From the NCBI GenBank assembly GCA_964569405.1, contig CAZMWA010000240.1, positions 1 to 32,000 on the forward strand: DNA of 32,000 nt, read 5' to 3'. Source of the DNA: an uncultured Vicinamibacteraceae bacterium (GTDB lineage Bacteria; Acidobacteriota; Vicinamibacteria; Vicinamibacterales; UBA8438). Position numbers and translations under genes: made by a program. Below are positions 1 through 6,284 of the stretch, piece by piece (position 1 is the first letter of the stretch; every line of letters starts with the position of its first letter). The notes under the pieces are model-generated. The model saw only the letters and a program-made list of their open reading frames with translations. It had not been told where the DNA came from and did no database searches.

Positions 1-139
1 GGTCGCGGCCCGTCGCCGGGTCCCGGAAGCGCATCTCCCGCCCCGGCGACGCCCGCAGCTCCAGGCCCAGCGTCGCGCTGCGCAGCGTCAGCGTCCCGTC
101 CGGCGCCGTCGCCACCGGTTGACGCACGTAGCCCGAGCG
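1..139 (-). pseudogene. Uma2-family (DUF820-type) endonuclease, C-terminal portion only. It runs off the left edge.
   Basis: The minus-strand frame reads RSGYVRQPVATAPDGTLTLRSATLGLELRASPGREMRFRDPATGRD. This matches the typical C-terminal region of Uma2 proteins. Upstream of it the frame enters the other repeat arm and becomes low-complexity junk. Confidence 0.5.
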
Positions 140-214
140 CGACGCTGGGCCTGGAGCTGCGGGCGTCGCCGGGGCGGGAGATGCGCTTCCGGGACCCGGC
201 GACGGGCCGCGACC
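1..214. repeat. Perfect inverted repeat: arm 1-79 is the reverse complement of arm 136-214, with a 56-nt spacer at 80-135. The outer end is cut by the window edge.
   Basis: Direct base-by-base comparison. The reverse complement of 1-79 (agcgcgacgctgggcctggagctgcgggcgtcgccggggcgggagatgcgcttccgggacccggcgacgggccgcgacc) equals 136-214. The match stops at 80/135 on the inner side. Confidence 0.9.
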
Positions 215-327
215 TGCGCAGCCACGACGAGGAAGCCGAGGGCCGGCTGATCGCCGAAACGCGCGCCGCCGCGGCAGAAGCGCGGGTGGCGGCACTCGAA
301 GCCCGCCTTCGCGAGCGTTCCGGCTGA
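136..327 (+). pseudogene. Uma2-family endonuclease C-terminal fragment, second copy in opposite orientation
   Basis: Frame 1 reads SATLGLELRASPGREMRFRDPATGRDLRSHDEEAEGRLIAETRAAAAEARVAALEARLRERSG, then TGA at 325-327. The Ala/Glu/Arg coiled-coil tail is common in Uma2 proteins. There is no Uma2 body upstream. Confidence 0.55.
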
Positions 328-351
328 CGGCCGGGTGGGTTCCGTCACTGG

Positions 352-401
352 CCGCGCGCACGCACGCTGCGGCTCGAGCACATCGACGCCATCGAACGGC
401 G
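352..401 (+). repeat. Partial copy of the 5' end of a type I R-M methyltransferase gene (paralogous to 3152-3201)
   Basis: gctcgagcacatcgacgccatcgaa at 372-396 is identical to 3172-3196. Homology is weaker for about 20 nt upstream. The segment encodes LEHIDAIERR but the ATG is lost. Confidence 0.6.
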
Positions 402-438
402 CCGGGCGCCCAGAGAAAACCGTGGGGGACGGCTCTCT

Positions 439-1560
439 TCATCCGCTCGCCGCGCCGGCCGCGTGCAGCCTGACCGGCCGCGTACGCCGGCCGTTCAGCG
501 TCGTCCCGATCCGCGTGTAGCGGACGCCGAGCTGATAGACGCCCAACAAGAGGGCGACCACCGTGGCGATGATCAGGACGAACTTCAGGTGCACGCTGAC
601 CGGCCAGCTCACCGTCAGCATCTGCCCGGCGATGACCAGCGGCAGGTGGCACAGGTACAGCCAGTAGGACGCATCCGAAAGGTAGCGCACCCAGAAGCGT
701 TCCCGCGCCGCGATCCAGCGGAACAGCCCCAGCAGGCCGAAGCACGCCAGCCAGGCGTAGGCCACCTGGAGCGCGGAGGCGACGCCCCAGCCCCATCCGC
801 CCGGCTCCCCGCCCGGGGACTTCAGGGCACCCTGCAGCGCCGAGTACAGGAGCGTCATGCCCGCGGGAAACGTCACGAGCAGCGCGGGCAGCAGCGCGGC
901 GGCCCACCACCGCCGCACGGCGATCCGGCGCTGGTGCAGGAACGCCCCGAACCCGAAGAACGCCGCGTAGTAGAGAAACACGCGGGGGGCCGGCAGCAGG
1001 TCGATGTCCGTGTCGGCGCCGAACACGATCTCCTGCATGAAGTGGTGCGGCACGACGGAGAGCGGGACGAGCAGCCACCACAACGGATGGCGGAACTCGA
1101 GGCCCAGCCTGGCGGCGGCGACGAGCCCCACCGCCAGCAGCAGCAGGTGCCACAGGAACCACAGATGGAACAGGCCGTCCACCCAGGCCAGCAGCCAGTC
1201 GGCGGGTCCGAAGTCGCCGGCTGCCGACAGCCAGGCCAGCGCCGGCACGAGGGTGAACAGGGCGACGAGCAGCGGCAGGCCGATCCGCTCCAGGCGGTGC
1301 CGCGCCAGGCGCCGCAGCCCGCGCGCCTGCCACAGCAGCGCGCTGAAGAAGCCGCTGATCAGGAAGAACAACGGCATCCGGAAGCCGTGGATGATCGAGG
1401 CGGCGTAGGCGTACGCGTTCCGGTCGAGCGGGGTGGCCTCCACCCAGTCGTCCTGCACCGGCCAGAAGTCGAGCGGCAGGAGAAAAGCGGCGACATGCAG
1501 CACGATGCCCAGCAGCATCGCGAAGCCGCGCAGGGCGTCGAGATCGTGGAATCTGGTCAA
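439..1560 (-). CDS. Acyltransferase family 3 (OafA/OpgC-like) integral membrane protein
   Basis: 373-aa ORF. The N-terminus MTRFHDLDALRGFAMLLGIVLHV and multiple hydrophobic segments are the acyltransferase_3 signature. Confidence 0.85.
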   Translation of the reverse strand: MTRFHDLDALRGFAMLLGIVLHVAAFLLPLDFWPVQDDWVEATPLDRNAYAYAASIIHGFRMPLFFLISGFFSALLWQARGLRRLARHRLERIGLPLLVALFTLVPALAWLSAAGDFGPADWLLAWVDGLFHLWFLWHLLLLAVGLVAAARLGLEFRHPLWWLLVPLSVVPHHFMQEIVFGADTDIDLLPAPRVFLYYAAFFGFGAFLHQRRIAVRRWWAAALLPALLVTFPAGMTLLYSALQGALKSPGGEPGGWGWGVASALQVAYAWLACFGLLGLFRWIAARERFWVRYLSDASYWLYLCHLPLVIAGQMLTVSWPVSVHLKFVLIIATVVALLLGVYQLGVRYTRIGTTLNGRRTRPVRLHAAGAASG

Positions 1561-1616
1561 GGGCGGGAGCCGCTGCCGGCCGAACGAACCGGCTGGGATT
1601 CTACCGGACGCTCATG

Positions 1617-1653
1617 TGACCATGGTCATGACCATACTAGGATAGTGGTCATG
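1617..1653. promoter_or_regulatory. Palindromic operator-like array upstream of the first phd antitoxin
   Basis: tgaccatggtca (1617-1628) is a perfect 12-nt palindrome. It overlaps ggtcatgacc and is followed by tgaccat. A fourth GGTCAT half-site at 1647-1652 overlaps the ATG at 1651. Confidence 0.55.
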
Positions 1654-1908
1654 AAAGCCCGCACCATCAAGGCCTCGGAGTTCAAGGCGAAGTGCCTCAG
1701 GCTCATGGACGAGGTGGCGGAGAGCGGCAGGGAGATCGTCATCACCAAGAACGGTCGGCCGGTGTCGCGGCTCCTGCCGTACCGTACGACGCCAAGGAGC
1801 CTCTTCGGCATCGACAGAGGACGCATCAGGATTCTCGGCGACATCGTCTCCCCCATGCCCGCGGAGTGGTTCGAGGGTGGCGGCGATTCCGGAGAGGAGC
1901 TGTTCTGA
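1651..1908 (+). CDS. Type II antitoxin, Phd/YefM family
   Basis: 85 aa, MKARTIKASEFKAKCLRLMDEVAESGREIVITKNGRPVSRLLPY. This is the typical Phd/YefM N-terminal fold signature. It sits directly upstream of a PIN remnant. Confidence 0.8.
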   Translation: MKARTIKASEFKAKCLRLMDEVAESGREIVITKNGRPVSRLLPYRTTPRSLFGIDRGRIRILGDIVSPMPAEWFEGGGDSGEELF

Positions 1909-2135
1909 CACTCCTCGACACCCACGTTCTCGTCTGGCTGCGGTTCGGCGATCCGAGATTGGGACCGCGGGCACACGTCGAGGCGGCCCGCGCGGGGCTG
2001 CTGGCCGACATGCACGGCGACCCCGCCGACCGCCTCATCGTCGCCACCGCGCTCGAGGGGCACCGCCTGGTGATCGCCGACCAGCGGATACTCGACTGGC
2101 CCGGCCAGTTGAGCCGGTTGCCCGCGACGGTGTAG
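1905..2135 (+). pseudogene. vapC: VapC-like PIN toxin remnant (internal deletion, no canonical start)
   Basis: Reads LTLLDTHVLVWL...LADMHGDPADRLIVATALEGHRLVIADQRI. Aligned to the intact paralogue at 3812-4189 it lacks about 50 central residues, including the SxxSxWEI acidic-residue segment. The position overlapping the antitoxin stop is CTGA rather than ATGA/GTGA. Confidence 0.6.
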
Positions 2136-2309
2136 GTCCTGGCCGCCTCCGTCGTAGCCGCTCTCTTCTTCTGCGTGCGACCATCGCCGGCCGGCACGAT
2201 ACATGCTTCGAGTTCACCTCGAGGGCCCCGGCGTGGAAGCGGCGGCGCAGCGTGTGGTAGCTTGGCTGGAGTCGGGCGCGCCGTTGCGCCGCCCGGCGAG
2301 GGCTCCGCG

Positions 2310-2411
2310 ATGATCCGACCTGCCCCGGCCGCCGCCCCCATCCATTACCCGAGCTCGGACGGCAAGCCGATGGCGGAGAACGATGTCCAGCGCGACGCGA
2401 TCATGTACGGG
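2310..2411 (+). pseudogene. Uma2-family endonuclease N-terminal fragment
   Basis: MIRPAPAAAPIHYPSSDGKPMAENDVQRDAIMYG. The YP-x-SDGKPMAE motif is the conserved Uma2 N-terminus. Similarity ends after about 34 aa, where the minus-strand RES remnant begins. Confidence 0.55.
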
Positions 2412-2436
2412 TCCATCGTCGCGGCACCGACGCGCA

Positions 2437-2680
2437 TCACCGATGCCAAGCGGACAAGCGCCGAACGTCGAGATCCAGAACCCGGTAGCCGGGGAACGCG
2501 GCCGGGCGCGCCAGATTGACGAGCACTTCCAGGGCCGCCAGCGACGAGTTCTCGCTGCAGTACACGGCCCGCATCCCCTTGGGGACTCCACCGCCCGCCG
2601 TACCTGGCGGCGCCTTCCCCGCTCAGCATGTCCGCGACGCTCCCCGCATGCACGGACCGGGCGATGCGCCACACCGTCAC
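2437..2680 (-). pseudogene. RES-domain toxin, frameshifted and 3'-truncated
   Basis: A GTG at 2680 overlaps the antitoxin stop (GTGA). The ORF reads VTVWRIARSVHAGSVADMLSGEGAARYGGRWSPQG. After removing one G from the run at about 2575-2584 it continues MRAVYCSENSSLAALEVLVNLARPAAFPGYRVLDLDV, a textbook RES N-half. The C-terminal half of the domain is absent. Confidence 0.7.
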
Positions 2681-3093
2681 GTCGGTATTCCGTGCTCCAG
2701 GCGGCCGATGAGATCGAGCACGTCCTCCGCCCCGGTGGCGGTGTCCGCGCGCTGCAGCGGCGTCTCGCCGGCCAGCGCCGGATTGGGGTGCTTGAGCCAG
2801 TCGACTGCGTGATCCCGGTCGCCCTTGAAATACGCAAGCGCGGCGTTGAACACCCTCGCCACCGTGGCTGCGCGGTCCCCCTCGTCGCGGCGCAGGACGC
2901 CGCGCAGCCTGCGCCGAACCAGCGTCTGGTGCGGAATCCCGACCACGTTCGCGAGTTGCGCCTCCGTCACGTCCAGGGTGTCCCTGAGGCGATCCAGGAA
3001 GCTGGCGGGGAGACCAGCACGGACCTCGGCCAGCGTCGGAGCGGGCAGGAGGGTAGCGCGCGGTTGCGTCGAAGGTGGCGCTGTCGACGGCAT
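2677..3093 (-). CDS. Xre/MbcA/ParS-type antitoxin (DUF2384 toxin-binding domain) of a RES-Xre pair
   Basis: 138 aa. The C-terminal part RVFNAALAYFKGDRDHAVDWLKHPNPALAGETPLQRADTATGAEDVLDLIGRLEHGI matches the MbcA/ParS C-terminal domain. It sits directly upstream of, and overlaps, the RES gene. Confidence 0.8.
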   Translation of the reverse strand: MPSTAPPSTQPRATLLPAPTLAEVRAGLPASFLDRLRDTLDVTEAQLANVVGIPHQTLVRRRLRGVLRRDEGDRAATVARVFNAALAYFKGDRDHAVDWLKHPNPALAGETPLQRADTATGAEDVLDLIGRLEHGIPT

Positions 3094-3163
3094 TCTTCTC
3101 CCTGTTGGGATGTCTCAGTGTGCCATATGGGCGCGACTTCCCTGAAGTACACTCGCGGCACGC

Positions 3164-3245
3164 ATGCCTCAGCTCGAGCACATCGACGCCATCGAAAGGC
3201 GGCTATGGAGCGCGGCCGACACGCTGCGCGCCAACTCGCAGTACG
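3164..3245 (+). pseudogene. hsdM: Type I R-M DNA methyltransferase (HsdM-like) N-terminal stub
   Basis: MPQLEHIDAIERRLWSAADTLRANSQY resembles the LW-x-AD-x-LR N-terminal helix of HsdM-type methylases. The rest of the ORF has no methylase motifs. Confidence 0.5.
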
Positions 3246-3301
3246 CCGTCGCGCGACGGTCGGCGCTGGATGGCGGCAAAATGGCCCAAGGCAGCCACGA
3301 A

Positions 3302-3385
3302 GAGGCCCAAGATACCGATCGTGAGGCGCATGCGAGCGGCCAAGAGGCCCAAGATGTTGTCGCCGAGGCCCAAGATGGCGAGGGA
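3302..3385. repeat. Four degenerate tandem 21-bp units (gaggcccaagat-N9)
   Basis: gaggcccaagat occurs at 3302, 3344 and 3365. A diverged unit gaggcgcatgcg lies at 3323. In the frame of the hsdM stub the units encode heptads EAQDxxx. Confidence 0.7.
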
Positions 3386-3551
3386 ACGAGCACCGTCGAG
3401 TCCAATGAACGAAGGTTTCACGGGTGGGACGGTACGGATTGCCGCAGTACGGCAGATGGACAGAAAACGTCCGCCGTCCTCCCTCCCGTTGACAGGACCA
3501 GGGCGCGGCGTCACACTTAGGCAACTTTAGCTAACGACGCGGAGACGGCCG

Positions 3552-3809
3552 ATGAAGGTGAACATGCACGAGGCGAAGTCGCAGCTCTCGCGGCTCGGGA
3601 AGGCGGCCTGGAATGGCGAGGATGTCGTGATCGCCCGGGCCGGGGAGCCGTACCTGCGCCTGGTGCCGTACCGCGAACAGAAGACCAGGCGCGAGCTCGG
3701 GGCGCTGGAAGGCCAGATCCGGATTGCTCCGGACTTCGACGACACGCCGCCGGAGGTCATCGAGGCGTTCTGGAACTCGAAGATATTCCCGGGCGAAGAG
3801 GGCGAGTAG
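3552..3809 (+). CDS. Type II antitoxin, Phd/YefM family
   Basis: 85 aa, MKVNMHEAKSQLSRLGKAAWNGEDVVIARAGEPYLRLVPY. It lies 2 nt upstream of an intact PIN toxin gene. Confidence 0.8.
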   Translation: MKVNMHEAKSQLSRLGKAAWNGEDVVIARAGEPYLRLVPYREQKTRRELGALEGQIRIAPDFDDTPPEVIEAFWNSKIFPGEEGE

Positions 3810-3811
3810 TC

Positions 3812-4189
3812 GTGCGCCTGTTGCTGGACACGCACGTGCTGCTGTGGTCGCTGGCCGAGCCGCGGAAGCTGAGCGGCGGGACGCGCGCGGCGCTGGCGGA
3901 TGCGTACAACGACGTCTTCGTCAGCGCGGTCAGCGGCTGGGAGATCGCGGTCAAGCGGGCGCTGGGCAAGCTCGAAGCGCCGGACGATCTGGAAGCGGGC
4001 GTCAGGCGGCAGGGTTTCTTTCCGCTGGATCTGACGTTCCGGCACGCGGAGCAGGCCGGCGCGCTTCCACCTCACCACGGCGACCCGTTCGACCGGATGC
4101 TGGTCGCTCAGGCGCAAGTGGAAGGACTGGTGGTCGTCACGCGCGATGCCCGGATTCCGCTCTACGGCGTCCGCACGATGGCTGCGTAG
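3812..4189 (+). CDS. vapC: VapC-type PIN-domain toxin (intact)
   Basis: 125 aa with a GTG start. The LLDTHVLLW, SAVSGWEIAVK and HHGDPFDRMLVAQA motifs carry the conserved PIN acidic residues. Confidence 0.85.
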   Translation: MRLLLDTHVLLWSLAEPRKLSGGTRAALADAYNDVFVSAVSGWEIAVKRALGKLEAPDDLEAGVRRQGFFPLDLTFRHAEQAGALPPHHGDPFDRMLVAQAQVEGLVVVTRDARIPLYGVRTMAA

Positions 4190-4213
4190 TGAATCGACGC
4201 GGTTCCGACGTAA

Positions 4214-5214
4214 CGCCATGACCCCTACCGCGACGTCGTGCTGGAGCGCCCGCTGCGGGAGCGGCTGGCGGCGCTGGATCCGGGCCTGTCCGGAAGCGGC
4301 TGGCCGAGGAGGAACCCGGCGCGGTGGACATGGAGACGCTGCCGAGGGGCGTCTGTGACAAGCGCAACTTCCTGGACCTCGTGGAGAACTTCATCCTCTT
4401 CGACGACTCGTCCGGCTAGACGCGGAAGATCCTCGCCCGCAACCACCAGTTCCTCGGCGTGAACCGTGCCGCCGAGGCGGTGCGCGAGCGGCGGGCGCGG
4501 GCGGGCAAGCTCGGCGTCTTCTGGCACACCCAGGGGGCCGGCAAGAGCTACTCGATGGTGCTGTTCACCCGCAAGGTGCGCCGGAAGCTCGGGCGGCAAC
4601 TTCACCTTCCTGGTGCTGACCGACCGCGACGATCTCGACACCCAGATCTGGCACGGGTCGCGATCGTGGTCCACGACGCCGCGCTCAAGCACGCCGTGGA
4701 GCAGCGGCTCCAGCAGCTCCTGGCCCGGAATCCGTTGCGCACGGATTTCCAGGAGCACTACGAGAGAATCGTCGAGGAGTACAACCGCGAAAAGGACCGC
4801 GTGACCATCGAGCGGACCTTCGAGGAGTTGCTGAAGTTCGTCCAGGGGCTGGACCAGGAGGAGAGCCGCGCCGTGCGGGAGGGGCTGGACGAAGAATCAC
4901 TCGCCATCTTCGACCTCCTGCGCAAGGCGGACCTGAACGGACCGGACATCAAGCGGATCAAGACGGTCGCCGTCGACCTGCTGCGCACGTTGAAGGCGGA
5001 GAGGCTCCGTGTCGACCAGTGGCGCGAGAAGGAGGCCACGCGGGATGCCGTCAAGGTCGCGATCCACGATTTCCTCTACAGCGAGGAAACGGGCCTGCCC
5101 ACCGACGCCTACTCGGACGACGAGGTGACGGCTCGGACCGACGAGATCTTCCGGCACGTATTTCGCGTTTACCCGACGCTGCCGTCGCCGTACTACGAGA
5201 CCCCGGCGGCGTGA
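4214..5214 (+). pseudogene. hsdR: Type I restriction endonuclease subunit R, heavily damaged
   Basis: HsdR segments appear in three frames. These are YRDVVLERPLRERLAALDPGL, then NFLDLVENFILFDDSSG-TAG(4417-4419)-RKILARNHQFLGVNRA...GVFWHTQGAGKSYSM (Walker A). A frame switch near 4590 leads to GGNFTFLVLTDRDDLDTQI. The sequence then jumps straight to the C-terminal domain RNPLRTDFQEHYERIVEEYNREKDRVTIERTFEELLKF. The N-terminus and most of the helicase core are missing. Confidence 0.8.
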
Positions 5215-5265
5215 CGGCGGAGCGGAGGCAAGACAGCGTGGCCCAAGGCAGCATGGAGAACGCGA
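5148..5265 (+). repeat. 118-bp direct repeat, copy 1 (hsdR 3' end, intergenic spacer and first codons of the next gene)
   Basis: Aligns without gaps to 6167-6284 at an offset of 1019 bp. I counted roughly 15 mismatches by hand. The last ~42 nt (ggaggcaagacagcgtggcccaaggcagcatggagaacgcga) are identical. Confidence 0.85.
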
Positions 5266-5400
5266 GTGGAGAGTCTCGTCCGTGCCCGCCAGGGCGAGTA
5301 CTACGAAGCCATCCGACAGAGCTCGAGCGACGGCGAGAGCACGCCCTTCGTCGCGTTCATGCTGGATACGATTCTCGCCGCCGCGATGCCGTCCTCCGGG
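5266..5400 (+). pseudogene. Possible Fic/DOC-family C-terminal fragment
   Basis: SLVRARQGEYYEAIRQSSSDGESTPFVAFMLDTILAA resembles the xxEYYxAL...TPFIEFFL helix pair at the C-terminal end of many Fic proteins. No Fic core motif is present. The assignment is tentative. Confidence 0.35.
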
Positions 5401-5485
5401 CGGCGGGAACGGCATGGAGCCGGGAGAGTTGACAAAAACTGGACAGAACAAGAAGCTAGACAGCCTGACTGGACAGGAGAGGCGT

Positions 5486-5740
5486 ATGGCAGAATGGCCG
5501 CTACAGGATGCGAAGAACCGGTTCAGCGCTGTCGTTGAGGCTGCTCTCGCGGGAGACCCTCAGCGGGTGACGCGTCGTGGCAAGCCTGCGGTGGTGGTGC
5601 TGGCGGTGGAGGAGTACGAACGCCTGCGCCATCTGGAGCGGGCGAAGGCGCCGACGTTCGCGGAGCTGCTGCTTGCAATCCCGAGGGATGGCGGGGAATT
5701 CGAGCGAGTGCGAATGCCTTCCCGGCCGGTCGACGTCTGA
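5486..5740 (+). CDS. Type II antitoxin, Phd/YefM family
   Basis: 84 aa, MAEWPLQDAKNRFSAVVEAALAGDPQRVTRRGKPAVVVLAVEEYERL. A GGAGAG Shine-Dalgarno sequence lies 5 nt upstream. The stop overlaps the vapC start (TGATG). Confidence 0.8.
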   Translation: MAEWPLQDAKNRFSAVVEAALAGDPQRVTRRGKPAVVVLAVEEYERLRHLERAKAPTFAELLLAIPRDGGEFERVRMPSRPVDV

Positions 5741-6153
5741 TGTTCCTGATCGACACGGACGTGCTGTCGGCACTTCGCAGACCGGAACGCAGTCCAGGCG
5801 TCGTGTGGTGGGTGGCGGAGCAGCGGACCACGGATCTGTACCTGAGCGTCGTGTCGATCGGGGAAATCGAGCGGGGCATCGAGCAGCAACAGCGCCGTGA
5901 CGCGGAGTTCGCCCGCTTGCTGGCCGCGTGGTTGGACAACCTGATCGCATTGTACGGCGACAGGGTCCTCGCGTTCGACCTGCCCACGGCGCGGCGTTGG
6001 GGGCGGCTTTGTGGCGTGCTCGGTCACGAGGGCGCCGATCTGTTGATCGCGGCTACGGCGATCGAGCACGGCCTCACGGTCGTGACCCGGCACGTTCGCC
6101 ACTTCGAGCCAACTGGCGTGCGGGTGCTGGATCCCTCTCTTCCAAGCCGCTGA
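5740..6153 (+). CDS. vapC: VapC/FitB-like PIN-domain toxin (intact)
   Basis: 137 aa. MFLIDTDVLSAL, SVVSIGEIERGI and DLLIAATAIEHGLTVVTRHVRHF form the PIN acidic-residue pattern. Confidence 0.85.
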   Translation: MFLIDTDVLSALRRPERSPGVVWWVAEQRTTDLYLSVVSIGEIERGIEQQQRRDAEFARLLAAWLDNLIALYGDRVLAFDLPTARRWGRLCGVLGHEGADLLIAATAIEHGLTVVTRHVRHFEPTGVRVLDPSLPSR

Positions 6154-6166
6154 GCGATGATCCTCA

Positions 6167-6284
6167 CTTCCGGCACGTGCTCCGCGTCTACCCGACGCTG
6201 CCGTCCCCGTACTACGAGACGTCGGCGGCGTGATTGCACCAGGGAGGCAAGACAGCGTGGCCCAAGGCAGCATGGAGAACGCGA
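6167..6284 (+). repeat. 118-bp direct repeat, copy 2 (orphan hsdR 3' end FRHVLRVYPTLPSPYYETSAA, spacer and start of the 2OG-oxygenase gene)
   Basis: See copy 1. The frame reads DDPHFRHVLRVYPTLPSPYYETSAA-stop, compared with TDEIFRHVFRVYPTLPSPYYETPAA-stop in copy 1. Confidence 0.85.

Noticed and set aside
3289-3305. A third copy of the 14-mer tggcccaaggcagc, shared with 5239 and 6258
   Set aside because: A single 14-nt match in 32 kb of compositionally biased DNA is within chance expectation. No flanking homology supports a third copy of the 118-bp repeat.
3203-3514. 103-aa minus-strand ORF with ILGL repeats, considered as a small membrane protein
   Set aside because: The hydrophobic repeats are a by-product of the 21-bp tandem DNA repeat. 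The rest of the ORF is Arg/Pro-rich shadow-frame composition with no start context or family match.
1651-6153. The three co-oriented TA cassettes as integron gene cassettes with attC sites
   Set aside because: There is no intI gene. I found no convincing attC-type imperfect inverted repeats (RYYYAAC...GTTRRRY) downstream of any vapC. The cassettes are flanked instead by gene fragments.
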